Source of the DNA: Fimicolochytrium jonesii
Lineage: Eukaryota
Assembly: GCF_025526975.1 (NCBI RefSeq)
Contig: NW_026515668.1
Location: 1,860,001-1,924,000 of the forward strand
DNA length: 64,000 nt
Reading direction: 5' to 3'
This document shows, piece after piece, positions 51,177 to 63,174 of this stretch (the stretch's first letter is position 1; each line of letters opens with the position of its first letter). Below the pieces are notes generated by a model, which ran no database searches, had not been told where the DNA came from, and saw nothing but the letters and a program-made list of their open reading frames with translations. A program made the position numbers and the translations under genes.

Positions 51177-52904
51177 TCAATCACCACCATGATCCTTCTC
51201 CTTACGAGTCTCCACCACCGGCTCGCCGTCCTCCAGCACCGTGCGGTTCACAACGCTCTTCACAGGCGCACCGGTGGTGGTCTCAGACCCCTCCGCACCC
51301 TCAATCTTCCCCTCGACCACCTCCGTCTTATCGCCCTTCCTCTTCTCCACCCTGATCTCGGCCCCGTCAACCCCGCTCTCCGCATCCTTGACCTCCTCCG
51401 CAACCTCCTCAATAAAATCCTCCACCGTCTCCAAGAGCCCCTCGGCTTCAGCCTCATTCAGCGCATCCGCAGGCGTATAAGTCTCCCCCCTAATCCTATG
51501 CGTCAAAAACCGCTGGGTCACCGTAACATCCAGCACAAAGTCCGAATAAAACCCAAAACAGCAGTGCTTGAACGCCGGCCAGCGGTATGTGGGCCCCAGG
51601 TCCGGAGAGAGGTTTTCGGTGTAGGAGAAGGCTTTTGTGTGCAGGAGGGCTGCGATGGCCATTTCGATGCAGAGGATGAAGGCGTTGAGGGAGTTGGAGA
51701 TTTCGAGGGAGGACCAGTGAGGGGTGGAGTGGATGATGTGGGTGTTGGAAAGGATGGAGATTGTGACGCTTTGCCAGAAGGAGAAGAAGATTACGAACTG
51801 GGTGGGAGGGATCAAGGGAGGTAATGAGTGGGTGGACCTAAAGGGGTGGCAGAAAGAACCGTTCGTCGGGTCAGGTACTCACCTTGATGGAGACGAATTT
51901 CAGGACAGGGTGATATCCCTTCAACTCGCTCTTTATCGTAGTATAAATTTGCACCAACGCGAACATTGCCACCGTAACGCTAATCGAGTTGACAATGATA
52001 ATCCACAGATGCGCAAACCGCGGACTCATCGAATCCTCACAAAACTTCCCCGTCAACTGTGTCACCACCGCCAGCACAGTCGTCACGGGTCTCAGCACCA
52101 CATACTGCAGCGTGCCAATCTTGCAATAATGCAAGAAATGCGGGCGCGAGGGGCGGTACGTCCACCGTTGCAGCGGGAATACGAAATTCATAGTGGGTTT
52201 CGAAGCGAGCACTTCGGCTTGCGCTTGGATGTCGGCGCCGATGTAGGCGAGGAGGAGCTGGAAGAACTCGTAGATGACGACGGCTTCGTAGCAGTCGCGG
52301 AGGACGTCGAGGTAGACCGTCATGCCGCGGAAGGCCAGGCCTAGGCAGGAACACACGCTGTAGACTGGGACCATGAACAATATCCGAACGATGTGTTTCT
52401 AGAATGTATGAGGGAAGGAATGAGTGTGTGTGAACCATCGACCATGGACCATCGATCGTCAACCATCGAACGTCAACCATTTAACCACTCATCAACAGGT
52501 ACGATTATTATGAGGAGAGTCTTGCGCCTTTGGCGCAATATGATCCTCGCTTCGCTCGCACAAGATCTGACGCTCGCTGATGCTCGCACTCACGGCGTTC
52601 GTCCTCGCTAGCGCTCGGTATTACAGTGGACTCGTTCACGTACCTGATAAACGGGCGAATGATAATACCCCCAATGCTGCCAAACCAACAAAAAGCTCAA
52701 GCACACGGAAAAAACCGTAAACGCGCCACTCAGCGCCCACCCAACCAAAAACAAATGATACCCGTCACTGTCAGGCGGCGGTGGACCGTGGTGTTGCGGG
52801 GGCATTGGGCAGTCCCAGTCTGATATGATCGGCTGCGGTGAGTCGTGGGTGGGTGGTGAGCCGGCGAGGAGGGTTTGGAGGAGAAGGGGTGGGAGGGGCG
52901 ACAT
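51177..52904 (-). CDS. TMEM184: TMEM184/organic solute transporter Ost-alpha family protein
   Basis: QKHIVRILFMVPVYS, RDCYEAVVIYEF, GTLQYVVLRP, KFVSIK..FSFWQ, CIEMAIAALLH. Confidence 0.92.
52399..52643 (-). repeat. TMEM184 intron 1 carrying three GA-bracketed hairpin units plus a 3' block shared with another intron
   Basis: Sense strand CCGAGCGCTAGCGAGG, GCGAGCATCAGCGAGC, CGAGCGAAGCGAGG; 3' block TGGTTAAATGGTTGACGTTCGATGGTTGA. Confidence 0.75.
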
Positions 52905-53637
52905 GTTGGGGAAACTTGGGAGGTTTGGTGGGGTGCGGGAGACTGGAAGTGTTTTGAGACTCGGCGGCGGTTGATATGAGATAGCGGAATGATATGGGGG
53001 GTCTTTTTCGGTCTTATGGATGCATGCCGCAGCTTTGCTGAAGGGGATATCGTTTCGAATCGGTTCGTTCTATGCTTTTGCCCGCGTGGGAATCTCCTTT
53101 TCCTTGGCGTAAGTGGCAGCAATTATCAGTGAGCTGCCGTCGGTGGCAAGATGGGATGGAAGATGTAGGGACGAGAAGGCGGATACTATGGATGAGGGCG
53201 GCAGCAGAGTGGGCTGCGATCTATGTAGTGGCTGCTTGTTGCGTTTGCGGTGGAGGCGTTGCGAGAAAAGCTGCGAGAAAAGCGGTGAGACCTGTGATGG
53301 GAACAGCGAGGGTGCGAACTTCGCGACGTCATTCACGCGGGCTCCTGCGACTCCTCTGGACTCCTGGGACTAACGCGTTCCGCACTGCTTCCACAGTCCA
53401 GAGAGAGAGGCTTCTCGGCATCAGAGCTTTCCGCTACAATCAACCTCAAGTCCATATCCGACAGAATTGAACATCCAGAGCCCGATGATGTGAGGAAAGA
53501 TGTACAAATGCGAGTATTAAAAGTGAGAAAATGTATGTGAAAACTCTACATGCTACGCCGGTGGAACTGTATGCAAATCCCTACTCTACCGGTTCGCTCG
53601 TGCCCCATCCGCCCGGACATCCAGTCCAGATCCAGAT

Positions 53638-54258
53638 CTAATCCCCCTTCTTCAACGGGATGATGGAATCCCCATCGCCATACAGCAGCCTCTGCGGCAA
53701 CTGCTCAAACTCCACAGACCCCCTATCCCCGTTCAACTTGACCACCCACGTCACATCAAACCGCTTCTTATCCCATACCGGCACCAGCTCCTCCTTGACC
53801 CCCAATGCTTTCACAATATCGCTCATCATCTGATGACACCACGACACCAGTACCGTCCTGCCCTCATACTCCCCCCCACCGCCGCCCAACAATTTCCCAA
53901 CCATCTCCTTCACCAGCGCCTTCCGGTACGTCACAAACGGCACCACACCTTTTATTCCCTCACTCTCCGCAAACGGCAGCACAGTCTCCTTCGGCCGCTC
54001 CGACTTGCCAAACCCGTCGATATCGTCCACGGCCTGTGCGATGATCCCGCCCCACGGCCGCTCGGCGACCAGAGAGGTGATTTCGGAACGGCGGTGGAAA
54101 TAGGGCACGAGGGCTTGCGCGCGCTCGTAGCCTTTTGTGGAGAGGATGTGGTTGTCAATGTAGGCGGCTTTGATGTCGGAGGAGGGTTTGAGGCCGGAGT
54201 GCCACGGCAGCTTCTCGGCGTGGCGGATGAGGAGGATGGTTGTGTTGGGGAGAGGCAT
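53638..54258 (-). CDS. Histidine phosphatase (phosphoglycerate mutase-like) superfamily protein
   Basis: Intronless. LLIRHAEK, LSTKGYERA, RPKETV, VSWCH, QRLLYGD. Confidence 0.85.
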   Translation of the reverse strand: MPLPNTTILLIRHAEKLPWHSGLKPSSDIKAAYIDNHILSTKGYERAQALVPYFHRRSEITSLVAERPWGGIIAQAVDDIDGFGKSERPKETVLPFAESEGIKGVVPFVTYRKALVKEMVGKLLGGGGGEYEGRTVLVSWCHQMMSDIVKALGVKEELVPVWDKKRFDVTWVVKLNGDRGSVEFEQLPQRLLYGDGDSIIPLKKGD

Positions 54259-54523
54259 GGCTTTTTGGGACGAGTGGAGGGGGCTGGAAATGCGCTCGAT
54301 TGGGTGGCTCCTGAGGGAGTTGGTGGCGGACTGTGAGCGTAGTGTGTATAGTATATGCAGCAAGTGCGTGCTAGTTGCTATTCGTTCGTGGGCTGCTGTG
54401 TGCGAGGGGGTTCAGCTGGGTCCAGGGGAAGGGAAGGGAACGCCAGAAAGGCCTCCGATGCCCCTCCGATTCCGCCCATATTCCCCCAACGTCCAAAAGC
54501 GCATTACGTTCTCCCGCAAGCAC

Positions 54524-56081
54524 ATGTCATTCCTGATAGACTGGTCCCTCCTAACCAACGGCGACGGCACAGAAGCCGACAACCTCCTCGCCTTCCTCAA
54601 CACCCGTTTCCAGCAAATCGACCGCCCGCCCTTCCTCGGCCCACTCGCCGTCACAGACTTTGACTTTGGCGACGTGCCGCCAGAGATCAAGATCACCGAT
54701 ATATGCGACCCTAGCCCCGAGTTTTACTTGCCGGAGGAGGAGGATGAGTGGGGGAGGTTTGTGGCGGGTGCGAATGCGCAGGCCGCCGCGGCTGCGGCTG
54801 GGAATGGGAGTGGGGGTGTTAATACCCCGCCGAGACCGTTTTCGCCGGGCGCGGAGTATGGGGAGGGGCATTTTGCGTCGAGGGCTTTTGAGCACGGGAT
54901 ACGGCATCGGGGGACGGGTGGTGGTGGTGGGGCCCATCAGCAGGGAGGGATGTATGCATCCGAGCCGGCACGAACCACAGGAGGAGGATATGTCGGCAAC
55001 AATCTCGGTCTGATCTCCCCACCCTCCATCGCCCGCACCAACACCTCCCCAATGGGATCAGCTAGAAGCCTCCGCGGCGGTGGCGGAGGAGGCAGCGTCG
55101 TCGGCTACGGCACCGGCTGGAGCGGCAGCGTCGGTCTCGGCCTCGGTCTCGGTCTCGGCGCCAGCCCCATGGTCGCCCCACCCGCCCGCACACCCTCCTA
55201 CCAACGCTCCCCAACCCCGTCCGCGCGCACACATACCACATCACCCTCCCCACGCCCATGGGATCTACCCTACCACGATCCCTACGCCCAACCACCACCA
55301 CCACCACCGCCACGGTTAACAGACCACGAACTAGCGCTCCAATACGCGCAGACGATGCAACGGCCCTCGGACGCGCAGGTGGAATTGCAGATCGTGTATA
55401 AAGGGAACATGAGGTTGGGGATCACGACCGAACTGATTGTGAACCAGCCAACGCCGGCGTTTATGGTTTTGCCACTGAATTTGACGTTGACGGGGTTTCA
55501 TTTTACCGGTAATCAACATTACACTGCTTTGCAATCATCCCCCATTCGGGCGCCCACTCACTCACTATGTCTTTTTTTGGTGTACACAGCAACGGCACTG
55601 ATATCCTACCTCGGCGACCGCATCAACTTTTGCTTCAAGGAAGCCGATACCGGCGCTACGTAAGTCCTATCCCAAAACCAAAAGCCGCCTATGGGCCCCT
55701 CCGGTATTCACACAACACTCACACACGCCTCCCTAGAATCCTCCAAGACGTCTCCATAGACTCTGAAGTCGGCGACGGGCGAAAACAAGGTAAGAAAAAC
55801 CTTCCCCCCTTCCTCTCACCATTTCCTTTTTTCCCTCACCAACCCCCGTCCTTCCGATATCCCCTTTAGTCCTGAAAAATGTCGGTAGAATCGAACGCTT
55901 CATAATCGACCAGCTCCGTAAAGTCATACAGGACTTCCTCGTCTTTCCCAACCACCAAAGCCTGCATCTCCGCCCGGAGACGGAGGACGATGGATATAGT
56001 GAGCGGGATGGTGGGAGTAGTGGGAGTAGTGGGGATAGTGGGAGTTGGACGGGGAGTGAGGAGGGGAGTGAGGAGGGGTGA
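54524..56081 (+). CDS. MDM12: ERMES subunit Mdm12 (SMP domain)
   Basis: MSFLIDW, RPPFLG..FDFGDVPP..DICDP..EFY, ELIVNQPTPAFMVLPL, SEVGD..VLKNVGRIERFI..FP. Confidence 0.92.
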
Positions 56082-56339
56082 GGACGGGGGTGGCTGTCGG
56101 TCCTCTTTCTTTTCAACGTTTTTGGCTACATGGAGATAGGGCAGAGGTACCCCTCGCCGCTGTGCAGAACTTGTGTATACCGCACACCACACGCCCCCTC
56201 CTGAATATACCCTCGCAAGCACATTGACCTCTCGACAAATATTCACTCTTTCATTACAAAACGCATCTGGTATATCTATTCACTCACGCAACCCAAAAAA
56301 AAAACAAACAAACAAGGGGGATCAAGAAGAGCATGGGAT

Positions 56340-57428
56340 CTAGTACTGCGACGTCTGACGATCGTAGTTGGCACCCATGGCCTTTTGGAGCAGTTTCTTG
56401 ATTTCGGTTTCGCGGAGGTCCTGTTTCGTGGAATAAGATAGGGGATTCAGAAACGCGATGAGTGAGCGATGTGGTCTTCTTTCAATGGGGTGTCGCATCA
56501 GGGACTCATCCCTCGCAGATGAATTCCGATCATTCAACACCTCGAAGCGACGTGCCAAGCCAAGCGTCCCCGCGCTGATTCCTGCCCCACCCAAAAAAGC
56601 ACCCACGCCCCGCATCCCCTCCCCCCCCCCCCCCCCCCCCCCCCCTGCCAACCACCCAACTCAAACACCGGAAAACAACACATACCTCCTTTGTAGAAGC
56701 AGCAATCTCGACCGCAAACGTCTTGACGATCTGCTTGACGGACGCAATGTGCACCGACAGCTTGGCCTTGCGCATCACCTTCACTTCCTTGCCGCACCAG
56801 CTTACGAGCACGAATTTCGCGCGTTGCGACTAGAAAACAAAAAAAGTGAAATACGAAGGACCGGGAGTGTGTTAGTGCTGTGGCGTAGGGATGAGCGAGG
56901 CATGGAATGGGCAGCGAACGCAGATGGACCCGCCCCCGGACGACTATCGATTGTCCCGTCTGCGTTCGATTGAATCTTTCATCGCAGGATGCCTCATGGA
57001 AGCATGCACCCCCACACACACCCCGCCCCCCCCCCGCTCGCATTCCCCATCCTACATCCCCCCACATCGAAAACACGTACTCAGGGGGTAGGTTTGTCAT
57101 ACTCACCAACTCATCGTTCCCAACAATGATCCTCAGATACCCAAACGCGGCCTGGTCGTCGCGCAGCTTGTCCGTGAACTCGGCCAGCCCGCCCGTCCCG
57201 CTGCCGCTGAGGGTGAGGACGTCTTTTGCGTCGTTGGCGTACGATAGTAACAGCCTGTGCGGGTGAGTCGGGTGGGTGGGTGGGTATGCGATGTCCATGG
57301 GCTGGCGATGCCCGCCCTCGCGAAAGAACAGTGGAAAGGAAAGTCATGCCCCCTTACCAGTTAGTCGGGGTCTTGTCGTTCCTCACGTCATCGTACGCAG
57401 CCTGCACATCGCCGTCGAAAGTCGCCAT
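56340..57428 (-). CDS. COTL1: Coactosin-like ADF-H actin-binding protein
   Basis: Four exons give AYDDVRNDKTPTNWLLL..SGTGGL..FGYLR..SQRAKFVLVSWCG..KAMGANYD. Confidence 0.9.
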
Positions 57429-58297
57429 CGTTTTCAGAAATGGGGCGGTGGGGGATAATGGAAGGGGTCGTGGTCGGGTAGATGGGGAGCAGATTATGAT
57501 CGTCTTCCTTGTGCAAGTTGGGCGTTTATGGCGGTGGAGAGGGCGACTCCGTCGGGGGCGATTGCTTTTTATAACGGGCGTGCGGTCTTTTGCTTATGGC
57601 ATCCCGGAAGTGGACAAGGTTTTCCCCAAGGAGGCGTTTTACGCTTAATATTTCCGGGGGGTGTTACTATTTTTTTTTTGAGAGGCGACGGTGGGGGAAA
57701 CCCTACAGGCAGAGACAGACATTCAGGCGCACCCTTCTACTTTTGAGTACATTCTTGGAGCGGGGTCATGTTTGGCATACGTTTTCTAGATTCCCGCGCG
57801 CCTCGCTCTTGCGCCCCAAATCCCGTTTTTGACAGCGCGTGCGGGGAAGGCACGGCAGGAAAAACAACACCGCGCGTTCACGGCGTTTGAACACCGACCA
57901 ATTCTGTCAACTTCACGCCGGAGTAAGTCTTTGGACTGTCAGACGTCTTGTGACACTGGTCAGAATTTGTTTGAGAACGCTGTCCCTGGCGGCGGTGTAG
58001 CCAAGCAGAAGACAATTCTCGGGATAACTGATTGTCAGAGTTTTGCCTCAGTTCTTTGGGGGGTTTGATAGGAGCCCTGCGTTCAGGACCCTAAGGTAAA
58101 CGTAGGATGGTTTCTTGCTGCAGAGGGGTCATTGTTGATGACGGCAACCTCAAATGTACAAAGAAAGTCAAATTATGTTCCCATGGGGGCGTATCGGTGC
58201 CTCCCTATCTATCGCCAACGCTTTTCGGGAGCTTCCAGGCGCCATCAATTTGCGCGCCGCAGTCGTCTATCATCGCTCTGGCGATCATGGAAAGGCT

Positions 58298-58796
58298 CTA
58301 CCTCCATGTTGTGCAGTTATTGGGAACGAAACCCTTCACGGTCCCAGAGGGAATCGTGAACCTGATGGGCACCCTATGTGGTCAAACGTTTTCCTGGGTC
58401 AGCCGAGCGACGACGGGTGACGGTGAAAGGCAAACGTGGGGAGATGTGGTGGACGGGCCACTCACCATTTGTCAGTTCCCCCGCACCGTCCGTTGAACCC
58501 TCCCCTTTGCCACTGACATTGCGCTCCCCAGCAGAGCGAGCATTGGCCCTTCTGGAGGGTGCCGAACAATCTGCCGTTGTCGCTCGGTGAGGCGCGCACT
58601 TGAAGCCCGCTGATGTTGGAGCATGCTCTAGTACTGGGTGGGTCCATTGACGAATTACGGGATGGGAGAGAACAAGCCAAGCCGTTAGGCGAACGGCTTT
58701 GTCGTTGTGGTGGTTTTGGTGACTAGGAAGACAAACTTACGCAGCCGAGGCGCTGGTCGCCAGACAGACGGCGACAATCAGGGCGGAAACCTTCAT
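58298..58796 (-). CDS. Small secreted six-cysteine protein, SH3b-like (paralog A, 99 aa)
   Basis: Exons 58796-58741, 58633-58466 and 58373-58298 give MKVSALIVAVCLATSASAATRACSNISGLQVRASPSDNGRLFGTLQKGQCSLCWGAQCQWQRGGFNGRCGGTDKWVPIRFTIPSGTVKGFVPNNCTTWR. Confidence 0.85.
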
Positions 58797-59783
58797 GGGT
58801 AAGGCGAGCAGCGGGAAGTCTCCTTGGAGTTGGTTTGAGACACTGGACGATGAGACAAGGTGGGGAGAAGCAACTGACTTCCTTGCACTCTTATATACAC
58901 CCCTTATCAACCCGCAGCTTACTGTACATTACAGTTGCTTGCCGCCGCGAGGGTGGGAGAGCTTGAGGGGGCGGTTCCCAGTTGGAGGGATCCGGCGGGA
59001 TCCTGTTGTGAGCCAGAGATCAGACATTCATGGCATTCGGGTGTCCCCTGATAGAGCCTCGATTCCATGATTTCCTTGCGTGCAAATGTAAAAGCGAGTT
59101 GCAATGCTCCAATAAGGTTTGTGCGCGAATGGACACCGGCTCGTGGATGGAGTTTACGCCTCGTTTCGCCGGAACATGTCTACGGCAAGACCCCGCGCCA
59201 ACGAGCGTCTTAAGGCGCAGAACACATCCATCCCGACTCGGTACAGTAAGTCCCGACCTAAAGTGTGCGAGTGTCAACGACGGTGGAGACACGGTGCCTT
59301 GCGAACAGAGGTCATCTTTGCCTGCGGCGGACACTCTGTCGCGATCTGGTCGACGCGCTCTCCCATCTTCGCTGCCTGGTCTCCAAGATGCTTCCTTGAA
59401 TCCCATCACTGCTCGGGCTGTTCAAACTGCTCAGGAAGGGTGTTGGGAGGATTCTGGGCGTGGGTTTTGGGTTATCCTAAGGACCCTCCTGGTTCTGGGT
59501 GACCACCCAATTCACAGATTTGAACTGCGGCCAGTTACACCCCTTCACTGTCTGAATACAGAGTCCAACATCCCACCGCCTCAATCAACCGGTGAAACGA
59601 TGGTGCTGGTCTACTCGTCTGCCATGGTTAGTTCGTATTGTGTATCGGTTGATTCTGTAAACTACTGTACGTAGGTATGTATGTCACTTCGAACCCGCCG
59701 TGTCTGACTCCAGGTGCCTATCTATTGCTCAAAGGTGAACTCTCCCCCGATTCTCTATGATTGTCCGTGACGGATCCGCACAA

Positions 59784-60277
59784 CTACCAATTCACGCAAG
59801 CAGCGGGAACCCAACCCTTGGCCGTGCCCGAAGGAAACGTCATCTTGATAGCGACCCTGTGTAAACGGTGAATTGGATCAGCGTGCGCCTAAGGGGGGCG
59901 GGACACGAAGGCCAACATCGGGCGAGGCCTCGGCCTATACTTGCCATTCGTTCCCGCTCGTCCCACATTTATTGTAGTGTCCATCGTTGACCCATCGGCA
60001 AGCGTCCCCCCAACACGTCTTGCATTGGCCCTTCTGCAGCTGTCCGAGCCTGGTGCTGCCGGTGTTGGATTTGGCGTATACGAGAAGGTTGTCGTGTTGA
60101 GAGCAGGCTCTGGTGCTGAGGGCGGCGGGATTAACGGAGTGACACCCAGGATGGAAGCAAGCACAATCAACATCATCTCTCTTCGTTTTGTGAAATCATG
60201 AAGCGAGGGAGGATTACTTACGCAGCAGAGACGCCGGTGGCGAGGCACGCGGCGGCGATCAGAGCTGTGACCTTCAT
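59784..60277 (-). CDS. Small secreted six-cysteine protein, SH3b-like (paralog B, 99 aa; GC-AG second intron)
   Basis: Exons 60277-60222, 60115-59945 and 59856-59784 give MKVTALIAAACLATGVSAATRACSQHDNLLVYAKSNTGSTRLGQLQKGQCKTCWGDACRWVNDGHYNKCGTSGNEWVAIKMTFPSGTAKGWVPAACVNW. Confidence 0.82.
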
Positions 60278-61304
60278 GGCGGTGATGCGATGTTGAGGTG
60301 GTGGACAAAGACCCGCGAAATGGCTATTTTGAAGTTGTTTCGAGAATAATGAAAAGACGGAGGGGGCAGCTCGAGGCGAAAGAAGCATTTATGCTTCGGA
60401 GACCGCACACTCGACCGGTCGAAAGAGAGGGTGTCGACGAAGCTGTCCCTTTGACTGCCCGTTATGGAGGCGCCTCTGGATGGGTGTGTCAGATGTTTTT
60501 TTTGTGATCCTCTTTGGAGCCTGCAATGATCTGATCCCATCATGAATGTTGTTCCGATGGGAGTCTAGTGATTGTAAGGTTCCATGGAATTCAGTACACG
60601 GAGGCCGTCGCCGGCATGGAGCGCATTTGGCGCCGCTGGCGTTGCTGGATGGGTACACTTGCTGCATTCATCATGCTCTAGGAACAAAAGACGAACAACT
60701 GTGGCGATGTAGATATGTACTGTACTGTACATCGCGTTTCGCGTACAACAGTTCAAAGGTCGAAGCTCATGAAGTCTGTTGTGTTCGCATGATGCTCCTG
60801 GGCCCTGGCCGCGGGTGGTCGCCCGTTTCCACGCGAACTCCCACTATTTGTATGGAATTCAAGCCTCAAGGTGTGTGCCGGCGGGCCACAGAAACAACAT
60901 GTGCAGCGCGTAACCGCAAGGCTCGCCGGTATGGGCGAGAAAGACAGGAAGACGTTTTACTGGTAGGCGCCGCAGGCGGAATGGGGGCAAGTTGCAAAAG
61001 GCCATCTGGGCACCGTTTTTGCATGATCGCCCACGGTGTGCAGGTCTAAACCGAAAGCCCATTATAATAATATGCTCACCTACAGTAGCTTCAAGCTATC
61101 AAAATTCATGTTACGACGGAGTTCGCCGAGCCTCCGGTACAACACAAAAGTCACCGGCCGGTCACAGTCCATGACAACGCCCTGTCCATTACGAAGCATA
61201 GTTCCCACATACTGTACAGTACATAATTCCGAAAGCTCTAAAGGAACTCTATCTTCTAAAAATCTTGCATCCAACCCTCTCTTTACACTACCTCACCCGT
61301 ATCC

Positions 61305-63174
61305 CTACGCCACACCCTCATCCATCATACGCCATTCAACCCCCTCCCCCGCCCAAAACCGGCTTCGAACATCGCCATCTTTCCCCGGGCTGCGGGATAT
61401 CCGCACGCCAGGACACCCGACCTCCGTCTCGTAGCATCGGAAGCCTTGGGCTGTGAGGGATGTTTTTATGGTGTCGAGAGTCTCGCGGGTCGTGTCTACG
61501 AAGATACGCAGTGAGTTGATGAGTTGGGGAAGCAGCGTAGAGAGACCGCCGTACCATGCCGAATAAGCGTCAACGCACAGCCGCCCCCGCCGGCCCCGGT
61601 CAATTTAGAGCGCAGGCCGTGCAGTGCGGTGATCTGGCGGACGGATTCGAGGCTTGGATGGCTGACGCCGGATGCGGCCATGATGCTGTGGTTCATGTCG
61701 ATGAGGGTCTGGTTTTGGGTGGGGTTAGACGGGTGTGCTTTTAGGAATGGTTGGGTGGGGTGGTCGTACCTCCATGACTTCGTAGACTTCGTCTTGTGAG
61801 ACATGTTCAGAGTTTTGGTCTGCTGGGTGCCGGGTGAGTATGTTTTCATGTGGCGAATTGAGGAGAATGTTGAAGATGTACCTTTGGCTTCGAACAGTCG
61901 CCGACATTCTAGAGCGATGCCCTCCACGGCTTCGATGAGGTGGTTCATCACGGCGGGGTACTGTGTCAACAAACCAGCAATGAGTCTCAACCGCTCCTCA
62001 AAACTCCTCGGTGGGAAGTGGGGAGTCGAAGAAAGATACGCCAACTGATGCCGTCGGAACTAACCCGCTCCTTCCGCGTCCTAAACCCTTCCACCTGTTT
62101 CTTTGTGTTCTTCGGCACTTGCGTGTCGGTGAGGAGGAACCGAAATGCGCTGAATCCGTCTACAGTCTCCAGCTTCCCTTTCGTGTACAGTTTGGCACCG
62201 CCTGCGATCGAAAGGGGTCAGCCTGCCAGTCCCGTAGCTGTTATTTCCGTGTTGTTGCGACAGACCAGGGCCATACCATACGTCGCCAGCGCGTTATCAA
62301 TCCCGGACGGATTCCCATGGATGACCTTCTCGGCCATGAACGCCCACCCGTTAATCAAGTCCATGTCGGTGGTAGTAAGGTTGCCGCCGTCCAGATGGCC
62401 TGAGTATGCGAGCAGCGCGGTCGCGATCGCCACGCTGTAGGATGCGGAGGAACCTAGACCGGCGCCGACGGGTAGCGCTGAGCGCACGCAGATCTCGATT
62501 GGGGGGAGGGGTTTGGGTGTTGCCTGATGTCTGGGATGAATGATTGTGATGAACGGTTGTGGACAGTTGGATGTGCCGCCCTGGTGAGATTGTTGCTTAC
62601 CTCCAACATATGCATAGGTATAGGTGCAGGAAGGCGGCTGCCGCCTGGGTAGTGGGGGATGATTGTAGCTGGGCCAGGCTTTCCAGGATGACCACCTCTG
62701 CGAGCGACGACAGAGCTTCTGGCGTTGGAGTCTTCGCGTTGTCCCCTACAATCGTGCTCTCGTTCAGGAAAACCCTCGCCCTCCTCTTCGTGCCGTGCCC
62801 CATGACAAACAAAGCTACCTTTGCCATGCAACCGCGCTAACGTCTCCAGCCGGCCACTATCCCACTCAATCGGATCCGGGCAAATATCAGGCAGCCGCAA
62901 CCTGACCAGCGGTGGATTCGCCCCTGCAGTCGTTGCATGGGTAGGTTCTAGCCATGCGTAGGTTCGTAATGCGAGGCTGGCTGCTATCGCTGGCTTCAGA
63001 AGACGTGACAAGAGACGAGGGAGAGTTAGCATACAGCTTTCCGGTTTGTAAAGGGTGTTCCTCGTCGTCGTCGTCGTTTATTTCACGCACCTTCTCGTAG
63101 ACAACGGCGTGCTCGCCAAAAAGGATGACTTTTCCGGGGGCGGACGCCAGTATGGCGTTTTGGGAGGCGGTCAT
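61305..63174 (-). CDS. ERG12: Mevalonate kinase
   Basis: SAPGKVILFGEHAVVY, SALPVGAGLGSSA, EKVIHGNPSGIDN, KLTGAGGGGC. Confidence 0.96.

Noticed and set aside
54170..54523. N-terminal extension of the MDM12 ORF
   Set aside because: Overlaps the divergent phosphatase gene; the conserved Mdm12 start is MSFLIDW at 54524.
56422..56684. Possible C/D snoRNA in a coactosin intron
   Set aside because: No convincing RUGAUGA box C paired with a terminal stem.
59030..59674. Cys-containing 214-aa ORF between the SH3b-like paralogs
   Set aside because: No similarity to the paralogs or to any family I recognise; probably spurious.
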